DNA from: a virus | Direction: 5' to 3' (one strand) | Virus record (IMG/VR): IMGVR_UViG_3300012952_000020 | Coordinates: 13,537-77,536 of that record | DNA length: 64,000 nt | Part shown: one piece after another, positions 25,942 through 35,726 of the stretch | Position numbering within the stretch: the first letter of the stretch is position 1 | Layout: each line of letters begins with the position of its first letter | Made by a program: the position numbers and the translations under genes | Notes under the pieces: model-generated | Database searches by the model: none | The model's input: only the letters and a program-made list of their open reading frames with translations | What the model was told of the DNA's origin: nothing

Positions 25942-27077
25942 GACGATTCCTTACTCGTCGCCCAACCTGTTTCCCGTTCCATGACCTTGTTGGTCAGCAT
26001 CTCCAGTAGCTTCCTGTTCTCCGATGCCATGAGCATATTCGCAGCCTCGTTCGCTCCCTGCGCCTTGATGCCCTTTGCCATTTCGTACCAAGCGCCACTC
26101 TGCCTGACCAGTTTCCAGAAGACTGCAAGGTCGAGCACCTGTCGAGCGACGTTGGTGGAGCCTGCCACTCTTGCGGGAGCGTACGCATCCGTGAATACCA
26201 AAGTGAACCCTGCACTCCTATTCGGGGGTGCGGTCTTGTTCTTTGTGACTGCGATCTCCATCTTCAAGCCGACCGTCATTTCATCCTTGGACTGCAAGTA
26301 GCCGCGCTTCTTCACCTTGATGATCATGGACGAATGGAACCCTACACCCTTACCACCGGGACTTGTCTCGGGGCTACCGTACATGACTCCAATCTTCATA
26401 CGGATTTGGTTGATCAGGATGACGCTACACTGACCCGACCCTGCTCCAAGACCTCCTGCGTTGGTGGCACTCGTCCACTTACGCATAGCCTTGTTCATCA
26501 GTCGGGCGTGAACACCCATCTGCCACTTCTCCGCAGATTCCTCAATCTCCACTGACGGGGTTAGGGCAGCCACGGAGTCCACGACCAGCAGGTCACACTC
26601 ACCACTCCGAATGACTGCATCAGCCACGTCGATGCCTTGTTCTGCGAAAGCCGTTCGGATGACGTAGACATTATCCACGTCCACTCCGAGCCGTTCGGCC
26701 CAATCGTTCTCCCAACACCCTTCCGCATCGAACCAGACAACCCTACAGGGTTCCGCGTTCTTACAGCACCGTTTCGGGGTCTTGGTCATCGTCAACTCGT
26801 CCCAATCGAACATCGCACGACCACAGTTGCGGCAGTGCCTTTGGAACGCTGCCGCTGACTTCAAAGCCAGTGCGGTCTTACCTGACGAGTATTCCCCCAA
26901 CAGGGTGGTCATGCGACCCACTGGTATTCCACCGCCCGTGGCTACATCGAAGCCGAAAATACCAGTGGGTACACGTTGGACCCTCGATAGCAACTTGGCA
27001 TCTGCCGCCTTGGTGATGGTCAACGAACCATACCGTTTGTTGACCGATGCCAACAACTTGTCGAGTTCCCTGCTCAT
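25938..27077 (-). CDS. recA: RecA/UvsX-like recombinase
   Basis: PTG..GFD.A.GGG.P.GR, GEYSSGKT, DAEG, VVDSVAAL, ARLM, INQIR.KIGVMYGSPETSPGG, KNK.APP. Confidence 0.95.
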   Translation of the reverse strand: MSRELDKLLASVNKRYGSLTITKAADAKLLSRVQRVPTGIFGFDVATGGGIPVGRMTTLLGEYSSGKTALALKSAAAFQRHCRNCGRAMFDWDELTMTKTPKRCCKNAEPCRVVWFDAEGCWENDWAERLGVDVDNVYVIRTAFAEQGIDVADAVIRSGECDLLVVDSVAALTPSVEIEESAEKWQMGVHARLMNKAMRKWTSATNAGGLGAGSGQCSVILINQIRMKIGVMYGSPETSPGGKGVGFHSSMIIKVKKRGYLQSKDEMTVGLKMEIAVTKNKTAPPNRSAGFTLVFTDAYAPARVAGSTNVARQVLDLAVFWKLVRQSGAWYEMAKGIKAQGANEAANMLMASENRKLLEMLTNKVMERETGWATSKESS

Positions 27078-27078
27078 G

Positions 27079-27393
27079 TCACTCCCCGCGTCCGTCAGCC
27101 TTGGCACCACGAATAGCAGCGACCTGTTCGATCACCTCACGCTCGCACTTGTCCCAAGCCTCCTTGAAAGCGTCATCGACTTCCTCGGGGTAGCACGGAA
27201 GCTCCACGCCTGCGTCCACTCGACCCGACTCATAGTTGCCGAGGTTGAGCGTCAACCCATACGCCACTTTGACTGTAGCGTGCGGAGACTCAAACGACCG
27301 GACCTCGATCTGAACGTCCTTGTCTCCAATGGAGTTGCCTGCGTAGTGAGCCGATGCCCATACACGTCCTGCTGTCTTCTTCTTACCTGCCAT
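27079..27393 (-). CDS. conserved phage hypothetical protein
   Basis: GLTLNLGNYES.RVD pattern; AGGAG RBS. Confidence 0.7.
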   Translation of the reverse strand: MAGKKKTAGRVWASAHYAGNSIGDKDVQIEVRSFESPHATVKVAYGLTLNLGNYESGRVDAGVELPCYPEEVDDAFKEAWDKCEREVIEQVAAIRGAKADGRGE

Positions 27394-27428
27394 GTCTTTC
27401 TCCTATTTCTGTTGTCCTGTTGGACGGT

Positions 27429-27950
27429 TTACGCGGGGGCTGTGTCCTTCACACCACCCACAAGATTGTTCCACGCTGTGTGGACTGCATCAATGAACTC
27501 GTCGGTCAACTCCCAACGAGAATACTTCCTCTTGAACTCCTCGTAGACCTCTTTCAAAGCCTGCGCCTGATCCACGGTGTAGAGCCTGTGACCACCTTTG
27601 CTGGAGTAGATTGCCTGTGGCATGACTCCGAGCCGTTCCCACTTGCGTAGGGTCTGCGTGGAGATACGGAGCCGGTGAGCCATCTTCCCGATGGACAGCA
27701 TTTCCGTTACCACCTTATCCCCGTCAGGCAGGGTGATCCTCATTCGCTTACCGGGACGGTGGGTTCGGGGTACTGCGTTGGCTTCCGCTTCTGCCCTTTC
27801 CTCCTTCTCACGCTTGCGCTGCTCCGCTCTGCGGGCGAGCACCTGCTTCCGGTAATCCATATCGAACTTGTACCGATTCGCTTTCCTTTTAGCTATCCGG
27901 TCCTTGTTCTTCTCGTAGTAATCACGGTTGTAGTTTGCCGAGTTTGCCAT
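27429..27950 (-). CDS. MerR-type HTH DNA-binding protein
   Basis: SIG.MA..L.IS.QTLR.WE..G..P......GGHRLYT. Confidence 0.8.
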   Translation of the reverse strand: MANSANYNRDYYEKNKDRIAKRKANRYKFDMDYRKQVLARRAEQRKREKEERAEAEANAVPRTHRPGKRMRITLPDGDKVVTEMLSIGKMAHRLRISTQTLRKWERLGVMPQAIYSSKGGHRLYTVDQAQALKEVYEEFKRKYSRWELTDEFIDAVHTAWNNLVGGVKDTAPA

Positions 27951-28464
27951 TTTCGCCTCCCTTTATTGCAGCGGTGACTTGATCGGGTTTGACGACCCGG
28001 AGGGAATACTGAACCTTGCTGTCGTAGCAATCGGACAACTCGTCCAAGCTGACCCTTCCCTCTGCTACAAGGTTTTCGACCTTCTTCTCATCCGGCACGA
28101 ACTTGACCGACCCCGCTTCTTTCAACGGGATCTCCTTCTCGTTCAACAACGCCGTAAGGCGAGCCGGATTGATCTTGATGATGTGGGACGCTTGCTTGGT
28201 GACTTTGCCACCGTGCTCCATGACCTTTGTGGAACTGCCCTTCTCGTCCTGCGTTCCATCTTCCTCTGCGTGGGTCATCAACTCAGTACGGAGAGTCGCC
28301 TTGCGTGCCTTCGCCACCTTCTCGATGTGGTCGAGGATGCTCCAAGCAACGTGAATCTCCGGTGCGGTCATATCCGCTACTGGCGTGTGAAGCAGCCTTT
28401 CGCTGCCGTTGACGATTGCGGTCCCTTCCACGGCGGGACGCAGTACGAGTGCTTTTTCTGACAT
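27922..28464 (-). CDS. hypothetical protein
   Basis: 180 aa, AGGAG RBS, directly after a promoter. Confidence 0.75.
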   Translation of the reverse strand: MSEKALVLRPAVEGTAIVNGSERLLHTPVADMTAPEIHVAWSILDHIEKVAKARKATLRTELMTHAEEDGTQDEKGSSTKVMEHGGKVTKQASHIIKINPARLTALLNEKEIPLKEAGSVKFVPDEKKVENLVAEGRVSLDELSDCYDSKVQYSLRVVKPDQVTAAIKGGENGKLGKLQP

Positions 28465-28509
28465 GATGTTCTCCTATGACTGCCTTTCGGCTTGTCGTGT
28501 CTGTGATAC

Positions 28510-28538
28510 AGTGTATCGGGTTTTACTATGTTTGTCAA
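28510..28538 (-). promoter_or_regulatory. sigma70-type promoter
   Basis: TTGACA-17 bp-TACACT. Confidence 0.75.
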
Positions 28539-28544
28539 GTACCT

Positions 28545-29840
28545 CTACAGATACCCGAGGGCTGCGTACTTCTTCCGGCGACTACCCCAGTAGGCTCCGA
28601 GCACGTCAATACGGGCATCTACAAAGTCGAGCACCACTGGCTCCTGCTTCTCCGGGTGGTCACGCAAGATTCGCCCAACCGCCTGTGTCACCGAGGTCTT
28701 CGGGGTAGCCAACAACAGGGTGTCGAGGTCTGGAATATCCAACCCTTCCTGTGCCATCTGGTACGTCGCCACGATGACCTCTGCCTTTGCCGCCTCGTCC
28801 AGTTCTTCCTGCTTCATGCCTCCGACGTACTTCGACACAAGCATGTCGTCCCATTCCTTGTCCTCAAACAGACCGGCCAAAGACATGTGCATAATATCGA
28901 CATGCTTCCTCCGCTCCGTGAGAATCAGGATCTTCCTTCCCACCGCTGCCGCTCGGACTGCGTAGTGTAGGACGGACACTGTGCGTCGGTCATCCTCTGC
29001 AATCAACGAGATCAGCTTTCCTGTGTTCACCTCTCCGTTCCACCGGAACTTGTATTCCTCTGCCGGGATGTAGGTACTCAACTCGATCTTGTGGATCGTC
29101 GGGTTCAGTTGCTCCGTCCTCGGCATCGAGTGGGCCAATGGTCCGATGTGCTTGAAGAACACGCACTGCATACCATCCCTACGGTTTGGGGTAGCCGTAA
29201 GTCCCAACCGGAACTTGGCTCCAAACTGCACAATGGCACTCTGCCATGTGGGTGCAGCGAACCGATGCACCTCATCCGTGATGATCGTACCGAACGAATC
29301 GTACAACTCCTGCGGGTACTCCCTGTTGCTCGTAAGGGACTGGACCATAGCAATCACGAAATCACAGTCCTCATCTGGAACCTTGTCCCGTTGCCAAACA
29401 CCTACCTTGGCGTCCGGCAGGAACTCCTCGATTCGGTCCTTCCACTGGTCCATGAGGAACGTCTTGTGTACGAGCACGCATGTTCTTCTGTTCAACCTAC
29501 GTGCGATCTCCAATCCCATCACAGTCTTGCCTTGCCCGCACGGAGCGTGGAGGATTCCCCCGAAGGACTCTTCCAAAACACTCATAGTGTCTTGCACTGC
29601 TCCCGGTTGCTGACCTCGCAACCCAATGGGTTCCAATCCAGACTGCATGGGGTTTCCGTCTACTGTTTCCACCTTCTCCGAGAACCGCACATGAAGACTG
29701 CGTGGGATGAGCACCCAGCCTCCCTCTTGACGATACAACTGCACGTCCTGTCCGTCGTCCGTGCATACGGTCAACTCTGCTTGCAGAGCCGGTGTCCAGT
29801 GTTCCGGTGGCAACTTGAACCACCCCTTTTGCCTACTCAT
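28545..29840 (-). CDS. superfamily 2 (DExH) helicase
   Basis: APCGQGKT, DEVH, GLTATP.R, EGLDIP.LD, QAVGRILR. Confidence 0.93.
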   Translation of the reverse strand: MSRQKGWFKLPPEHWTPALQAELTVCTDDGQDVQLYRQEGGWVLIPRSLHVRFSEKVETVDGNPMQSGLEPIGLRGQQPGAVQDTMSVLEESFGGILHAPCGQGKTVMGLEIARRLNRRTCVLVHKTFLMDQWKDRIEEFLPDAKVGVWQRDKVPDEDCDFVIAMVQSLTSNREYPQELYDSFGTIITDEVHRFAAPTWQSAIVQFGAKFRLGLTATPNRRDGMQCVFFKHIGPLAHSMPRTEQLNPTIHKIELSTYIPAEEYKFRWNGEVNTGKLISLIAEDDRRTVSVLHYAVRAAAVGRKILILTERRKHVDIMHMSLAGLFEDKEWDDMLVSKYVGGMKQEELDEAAKAEVIVATYQMAQEGLDIPDLDTLLLATPKTSVTQAVGRILRDHPEKQEPVVLDFVDARIDVLGAYWGSRRKKYAALGYL

Positions 29841-31729
29841 TTTGCTGCCTCCCAGTTAGGGCCACTTGACGGTTCAGCGATGAGAGGTACGCGCAGCTTC
29901 ACTGCTGCTTCCATTTCCCTCTGGATAAGTCCTCCGACCGTATCCACCAAGTCATCCCGAACCTCAAAGATCAACTCATCGTGGACCTGCGATAGCATGA
30001 AGGCACCGTCCCTCCAGTAGCCCTCATCCTTGAGAGCACGGTCGATGTTCCTCATAGCCACCTTGATCACGTCCGAAGCCGATCCCTGAATCTTGGTATT
30101 CACTGCCTTGCGCTCCGCTGGTCCCTTCACCTTCCAGTCATCCGACTTGATCTCGGGAAGATACCTTCGCCTACCCAACAGGGTTGACGAATAACCAGTT
30201 GCACGGGCGAGCGTGATAACCCTGCCTTGATACTCTTTCACTGCGCTGTACTTCTGGAAGTACCGCTGCCACCAGACTTTCGCCTCGTTGACGGGAGCCT
30301 TGATCTGTGCTGCCAAGGTCTTCGGCGACATACCGTACATCAGACCAAAGTTGATTGCCTTGGCGTGCTGCCTCGTACAACCACAAGCATCTGCCGTCTG
30401 CTGGTGAATGTCACCTCCTTCCGTGTACACCTCCAGCATGGTTTCATCCTTGGAGAAGTGAGCCATCAGCCGCAACTCCACTTGAGAGTAGTCACAGGTC
30501 ATCATCGTGAACCCGTCCCTCGGAATGAACGCCTCCCTGATACTGACTGACGACTTACGTGGGATGTTCTGGAAGTTGGGGTTCCTACACGAGAATCGCC
30601 CTGTGCGTGTACCGATCTGTCGGAACGACGCATGTACGCGACCATCAGCCTGCACGTCGTCAATCAGCGACTCGGTGTACGTGGACCGTAGCTTCTGAGC
30701 CTTGCGATACTCCAAGATGAGTTCCGCAACCTCCTGTCCTGCCTTGGTCGTGCCACGAACGCCTTGCGCCCACTTCTGGACGTGGCTCTCCTTGGTCGAG
30801 TAGTACCCGTTCTTCCCTTTGGCTCCAATCGGGGGCCACCAACATAGGTGCTGGATGAACGTCCGGCAAAGCCACTGGGTAGAACCAATGTTTGCCTCTC
30901 CGTCCACGCCATTCGTCCGAAGCAGCGTACGGATGCGTTGGAGGATGACCGTCATACGGTTCTGCAAGTCCGTGGAAACCTTGGACAGATGGTCAACGTC
31001 AAGACGCATACCGTTCTGCTCCATTTCTTCCAAGATGAAGATGATCGGCATCTCCAACTCCCAGAACACCTTGACGCTATGCTCACCCATAGCCGCCAGC
31101 TTCCTGCCGAGGTCCGTGGATAGCCTGTCCAACCACTTCACGTCATCGCACGCATACTGCGTCATCGGTCCAACTGGGATAGCCCACACGGGAAGCACGC
31201 CCTTGCGTCTGCCACCTTGGACCCAGTTGTCCAGTAGGGTCGTGAACTCCAACATGGAGTACCCGTACATTTCCTTCACCAAGCCTTTCAGCCCGTGACG
31301 CTTCGTGTCCGTCTCCGCAGTCACCCACGAAAGGACCATAGTGTCACCGAGCCGAGCCTTGATGGTCGAGGGATCGATGCCGTCATTACGCATAGCCTTC
31401 AAGTCGAACTTCCAGTTATGCGCCCAAATCTCCCTGTCCTCTACGGAGAAGATTTCCTTCAAAGCCTCAAGCGCCAAGTCCAGCGGTGCGTTCTGAAACG
31501 CCGTGGACGATGCGGCATCGGGGAGCCTTTGTCCTGCTGGTCGGTGCCTCATCGGGACGTAGTAAGCCTGATCCCGTGTGGCTACCGAGAAGCCGACAAT
31601 CTGCCGGTCGAACGATAACCCGTCCGTTTCCGTATCAAAGGCGAGCCAGTTCTCGCCAGCCAACTTAGCCATCATCGCTTTGAGCGCACGACCTGTGTTG
31701 ACTATCTGGTCTGTCTTATACTGTGTCAT
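29837..31729 (-). CDS. polA: DNA polymerase family A with 3'-5' exonuclease
   Basis: FDTET, HN.KFD, YACDD; TGRFS..NPNFQNIP, DYSQVELR, KAINFGLMYG, QVHDEL. Confidence 0.97.
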   Translation of the reverse strand: MTQYKTDQIVNTGRALKAMMAKLAGENWLAFDTETDGLSFDRQIVGFSVATRDQAYYVPMRHRPAGQRLPDAASSTAFQNAPLDLALEALKEIFSVEDREIWAHNWKFDLKAMRNDGIDPSTIKARLGDTMVLSWVTAETDTKRHGLKGLVKEMYGYSMLEFTTLLDNWVQGGRRKGVLPVWAIPVGPMTQYACDDVKWLDRLSTDLGRKLAAMGEHSVKVFWELEMPIIFILEEMEQNGMRLDVDHLSKVSTDLQNRMTVILQRIRTLLRTNGVDGEANIGSTQWLCRTFIQHLCWWPPIGAKGKNGYYSTKESHVQKWAQGVRGTTKAGQEVAELILEYRKAQKLRSTYTESLIDDVQADGRVHASFRQIGTRTGRFSCRNPNFQNIPRKSSVSIREAFIPRDGFTMMTCDYSQVELRLMAHFSKDETMLEVYTEGGDIHQQTADACGCTRQHAKAINFGLMYGMSPKTLAAQIKAPVNEAKVWWQRYFQKYSAVKEYQGRVITLARATGYSSTLLGRRRYLPEIKSDDWKVKGPAERKAVNTKIQGSASDVIKVAMRNIDRALKDEGYWRDGAFMLSQVHDELIFEVRDDLVDTVGGLIQREMEAAVKLRVPLIAEPSSGPNWEAAK

Positions 31730-31768
31730 TAGATTTTCCGTTGTTTGTCAATAACCGTGTCTACGGAT

Positions 31769-31801
31769 AAAGCACCGCCGGGGCCGAAGCCCCGACGATG
31801 C
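31769..31801 (-). terminator. rho-independent terminator-like hairpin
   Basis: GCATCGTCGGGGC-TTCG-GCCCCGGCGGTGC-TTT after the SSB gene. Confidence 0.65.
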
Positions 31802-31825
31802 AGGTTTCCCAACCTTCCCTGTTGA

Positions 31826-32479
31826 TTAGAATGGAACGGGGTCTTCCGTTTCAGCGACCACCGCTCCGACAATGCCTTCAAGCTCATCCGCAGACTTGGG
31901 AGCGAAACAGTCGAGGTAGTTGTAAGCCTGAATCGACTCATCCAACTCGACCTTCTCCTCAAAGTCGTAGGAGTTGCCCACGTTGGGCGACTTGTCACCG
32001 AGCCTCGAAATGGTCACGGTACAGCCACGAAGACCTTTCCGCTTTGAAGCCAACTTCTGCAACAGCTTGTAGGTACTGCTGCTGGTCTTGACCACGTACA
32101 GCTTCAACTCATCCTTGTGCTTCGTTCCGTTACGGTCCTCCCACTCGCTGTGGTCGATGACCGTGTAGACCGCCACTTGCGAGGCACGGGAATCCGAGTT
32201 CTCACAGATGGGGCAAGTCTGACCCATCGGGCGAAGGCACGTAAAGAAGTTGCGCCAGTGACCGTTCAGTTGCATCTGGTGTTCCTTGACAACGAACGGA
32301 ACCTCCAGCTTGTACTTCTGACCGTCGTGAATGACTTCACGGGGTGTGGTGTCGTCATCTACAAAGGTGACGACCTTCTCCGCATCTTGCGGCATCCAAA
32401 AACGACTGACACGCGAAGCATCCTTCTTCCGCGTGTCTTCCTCTACGATGGCATCATAGCCAGTTGCAAACCATGACAT
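31826..32479 (-). CDS. single-stranded DNA-binding protein (gp32-like, putative Zn site)
   Basis: EH....FTC......CPIC; RLG....T/SY.F; acidic C-terminus EDPVPF; position in the replication module. Confidence 0.75.
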   Translation of the reverse strand: MSWFATGYDAIVEEDTRKKDASRVSRFWMPQDAEKVVTFVDDDTTPREVIHDGQKYKLEVPFVVKEHQMQLNGHWRNFFTCLRPMGQTCPICENSDSRASQVAVYTVIDHSEWEDRNGTKHKDELKLYVVKTSSSTYKLLQKLASKRKGLRGCTVTISRLGDKSPNVGNSYDFEEKVELDESIQAYNYLDCFAPKSADELEGIVGAVVAETEDPVPF

Positions 32480-32574
32480 GTTACATGTCTCCTTTTCTGT
32501 GGGGACTATACCCCGGTAAATAGAAACTCCCCGCCAACACGGACTTGTGCTGTCGGATCAGTGTCTCTAATATC

Positions 32575-32603
32575 AATATAGCATGTTTGACTGGGTTTGT
32601 CAA
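32575..32603 (-). promoter_or_regulatory. sigma70-type promoter with extended -10
   Basis: TTGACA-17 bp-TATATT preceded by TGC. Confidence 0.85.
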
Positions 32604-32630
32604 ACACTGCGATCTGACGCTATCTGGACG

Positions 32631-33767
32631 CTATTTACGGCGTCGTCGGCCTTTTCCTTTGATTCTGTCCGGCCTCGGTACGTTCCTACGCCTCATCATC
32701 TGTGATGACACTGGACCGGCTGTCTGGAGAAGATCGATCACTTGTGCTCCCAACGACGAGGGGTCTTTCATCTGCCGTCGAGCCTTGTTCCTCATTGTGG
32801 GGTCGTGGATACGGTCGTGCTGGAGTAGAGCGTTCCAGTTGACCGACAGGGTTCGGATACGTCTTCCGATTGACTTTGCCAACCAGCCGACACCCTCATG
32901 CCCTGCGTAGTCATTGTCGAACATGATGATCACTTCACTGCTCAACTGGAGCACCTTCTGTACTTGCCTGTCCGTCATGCGAACACCCATCGTAGCCATG
33001 ACGTTGTAGAAGGCACGCTTCTCCTTCAACTGCTGCCAAACACAGATTGCGTCGAACGCCCCCTCGACCAAGATGGTGGTCTTCGCCGGATCAGCCATGT
33101 GCTCGCCTACAAGAAACTTGCCCTTGTCGAAAGCCTTGACGATTCCACTCTCACTGCGGGCGGGCCAATAGTTCTTGTACCTCGGGTCGCCCTGATTGTG
33201 GATGATCCTTCCAATGGCACCGACGTAGTGACCGGACACGTCTTTCACGGGAATCAGCACTCTATGTTCACGCTTGTCGAACCCAATGTCCCATGCGAGA
33301 GCCGCGTTTTGGCCTATGCCTCGCTTCTCCAAGTAGGAGTGCCAAAGGTGGGAGTACGGCTCCCACTCCGCTGCGGGGTAGACTGGGTAGTCTTTCCCTG
33401 TGTATCCAAACTGCTGGTATCCCGCCGCATTGTCGAGGATCACATCCAGTTCCAGCTTGTCTACGTCACGGGCTTCCTGCACCAAGTCGTTTTCAATGTC
33501 ACCGAAGAACTCCAAATCCTCGAACAGCTTTGCGAGGTTGGCAGCACGGTATCCACAGGTGAAGCAGTGTACGAGACAAGAGTTATTCTCCCGTACCAGA
33601 ATCCCCATCGACGGCTTGTTGTCTACGTCGCCCTTGTGCTTCTTGGTGTGCTTTGCCATCGGGCAACTGATCATGAGGTTCTTGCCCTGCGGCAATACCG
33701 TCTTCACTCTTGGAAGCCGCTCCAACAATGAAATCACTGATTCTCTCTTCCAAACTTGCTCGCTCAT
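32631..33767 (-). CDS. DNA primase (CHC2 zinc finger plus TOPRIM)
   Basis: CP....H....D..PS.....HCFTCG; YL.KRGI; LVEG.FD; MFDND.AG; KDP. Confidence 0.92.
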   Translation of the reverse strand: MSEQVWKRESVISLLERLPRVKTVLPQGKNLMISCPMAKHTKKHKGDVDNKPSMGILVRENNSCLVHCFTCGYRAANLAKLFEDLEFFGDIENDLVQEARDVDKLELDVILDNAAGYQQFGYTGKDYPVYPAAEWEPYSHLWHSYLEKRGIGQNAALAWDIGFDKREHRVLIPVKDVSGHYVGAIGRIIHNQGDPRYKNYWPARSESGIVKAFDKGKFLVGEHMADPAKTTILVEGAFDAICVWQQLKEKRAFYNVMATMGVRMTDRQVQKVLQLSSEVIIMFDNDYAGHEGVGWLAKSIGRRIRTLSVNWNALLQHDRIHDPTMRNKARRQMKDPSSLGAQVIDLLQTAGPVSSQMMRRRNVPRPDRIKGKGRRRRK

Positions 33768-34101
33768 CTAACGCCTCTACTATGCTATCGGTGTGCATCC
33801 CAAGCGCATCAGACAACGACCTCTGGATAAGAGCCGCAACTGCTACAGCACCTCTACGGTATGCTTGTACCTCAACTTTTGTTTGTTTGTCAAGAAGCCA
33901 ACCCTCTTGATCCACTGGTCCCCAGTCAAAATCATCCTTGTCTATGTTCCAAATAACCTCTGCCATCTGCTCATAGAACGATTGAAGCGATCCACGCATC
34001 ATCGCCTCCCACCAGATGATCTTCTCACTCAAAGCCGTGGGGCGCATAAGCTCCTTACGCACGGCTTTGATGTACTCGTCGTCAAAACGAAACTGGCTCA
34101 T
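33583..34101 (-). CDS. hypothetical protein (3' end overlaps primase by ~185 nt)
   Basis: GGAGG RBS; fills the gap between helicase and primase. Confidence 0.55.
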   Translation of the reverse strand: MSQFRFDDEYIKAVRKELMRPTALSEKIIWWEAMMRGSLQSFYEQMAEVIWNIDKDDFDWGPVDQEGWLLDKQTKVEVQAYRRGAVAVAALIQRSLSDALGMHTDSIVEALDERASLEERISDFIVGAASKSEDGIAAGQEPHDQLPDGKAHQEAQGRRRQQAVDGDSGTGE

Positions 34102-35326
34102 CTTCCGCCTCCGTCAGACTGCTTGTCTGGTTCCCGATCTCCGTGAAGTCCATATTCTCCATATCCCATACAAGAGAGATCGTACCTCGCTCACCCTCAC
34201 GTTGTTTGAGTATTCGCAGTTCCATGATCCGGTTCAGCCGTTGGTCCTCGGTCTGGAACATGCCGAGAATCAAATCCGCTTCCTTCGCCACGTCTGCGTA
34301 CGCAATCTGTGAAGCGTCACCGCGAGAATCACTCGCTGACCTGTTGAACTGCATAGACACCACAATGGGGATCTGCGCCCGTTTAGCCAGCCGCTTCAAG
34401 TCACGGGCTACGTTGGTAATCCTCTGCCAAGAGGAATCGCCTCGTCGGTCGTCCTCCATCAAGTACATACCGTCGATGTAAACTATGTCCGGTTTGTACC
34501 TCTCGATCTTAGCCGCCACCAGCGATACGCCGCCGCCTTCCTCTCCGATGATGTAGAAGGGACGCTCGCCTCGGATCTTATCCATTTCCTCCTTCCACCT
34601 GCTCTCCGTGTGGAAGTCCAGCTTACCGCTACGGAGTTCCTGATACGGGAGTTTGAAGTTACGGGAGTCCAAGCGCCGAGCGATCTGGAAGGACGACATT
34701 TCCTTGGAGAACAGGATCGGCTTGTGTCCTGTCATCCAGTTGTGGTGAGCCATGACAACTTCAAGCCACGTCTTACCCACACCCTGTCGAGCCACAATGA
34801 ATACCAGTTCCTCCGGGTGGAAACCTTGCGTCGATAGATCCAGCGTCGGAAACCCTGACTCGATCCCGTCGATGCCCTTGGCGTCTGCTAAATCACGATA
34901 CTTCTTGAAGCGTTCATCTACTGTGTACGCCCAATCCACGTCTGCCGTTGCTGACCCCAAGTCGTCCACTTGTTGGACGGCTTCACGCATGATCTCCACG
35001 GCATCCATCGGGTCACCGTTTTCTGCGAGGATCTGACCTGCCTCCCTCATGTGCTCCAAGGCAGTGTTGTACGCGAACTTGTGCCTCAACTGACTCGCAT
35101 AGTAGCTCACCGTTTCCGTGGTGGGCATCAACTCGTACGAGGGGTGAGCCTGACTCAGTGCGTCACTTCCCGGCGAGACTCCATGTGTCCTGTAGTGCTC
35201 GATGCACCACTCCCACACCTCTCTTGACGGTCCATCGAAAAGACGTGCTGACAGGTTCTCGTCAATCGCCTTCCCCATTTCATCTGCGTGTACCACCCTA
35301 CTGATTAGGGCCTGTTCTATGTCCAT
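34082..35326 (-). CDS. dnaB: DnaB-like replicative helicase
   Basis: SGF..LD..T.G, ARQGVGKT, FSKEMS, YIDGMYLM, LK.LAK...IP.V...QFNR, KQREG. Confidence 0.93.
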   Translation of the reverse strand: MDIEQALISRVVHADEMGKAIDENLSARLFDGPSREVWEWCIEHYRTHGVSPGSDALSQAHPSYELMPTTETVSYYASQLRHKFAYNTALEHMREAGQILAENGDPMDAVEIMREAVQQVDDLGSATADVDWAYTVDERFKKYRDLADAKGIDGIESGFPTLDLSTQGFHPEELVFIVARQGVGKTWLEVVMAHHNWMTGHKPILFSKEMSSFQIARRLDSRNFKLPYQELRSGKLDFHTESRWKEEMDKIRGERPFYIIGEEGGGVSLVAAKIERYKPDIVYIDGMYLMEDDRRGDSSWQRITNVARDLKRLAKRAQIPIVVSMQFNRSASDSRGDASQIAYADVAKEADLILGMFQTEDQRLNRIMELRILKQREGERGTISLVWDMENMDFTEIGNQTSSLTEAEDEPVSF

Positions 35327-35712
35327 TTGCTATTGCTCCTTCGGTATCTGCTGCCTGACCAATCGAACAACACCGTCCGATGATCAACCAACCTGTTTCT
35401 GTCTGCTACGATAAACTCGACTGACTGGTTCGACGCACGGAAGCTGGAAAGTGCCTCCCCCGCTGTGCGGAACTCACGGACCTCAAAGAAGTAGTCCGTT
35501 GGGTCCAGCGACGAATCCACTGCCACATCCTCCTTGTCACCCATCCATGCGAGAACGAGTTGAAGGTGTGACCCTGCGCCCCAAAGCCAATCCTTGATTC
35601 CTTCACGGTAGACCCACGAAGGACGCTTCCAAAACTGCCACCACGGAGGGGTCTTCTTGACAAACACACAAGAAGCGTCAACCCACAAGGTTCCCGCCGT
35701 GGATGTGCTCAT
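35317..35712 (-). CDS. hypothetical protein
   Basis: Coupled ORF; start uncertain. Confidence 0.6.
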   Translation of the reverse strand: MSTSTAGTLWVDASCVFVKKTPPWWQFWKRPSWVYREGIKDWLWGAGSHLQLVLAWMGDKEDVAVDSSLDPTDYFFEVREFRTAGEALSSFRASNQSVEFIVADRNRLVDHRTVLFDWSGSRYRRSNSKWT

Positions 35713-35726
35713 CTTTCCCCTACGCA

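Noticed and set aside
29837-31729. Intein or intron in Pol A, and likewise in DnaB, RecA and primase
   Set aside because: Lengths are compact, motifs are contiguous, and no intein splice-junction or LAGLIDADG signatures were seen
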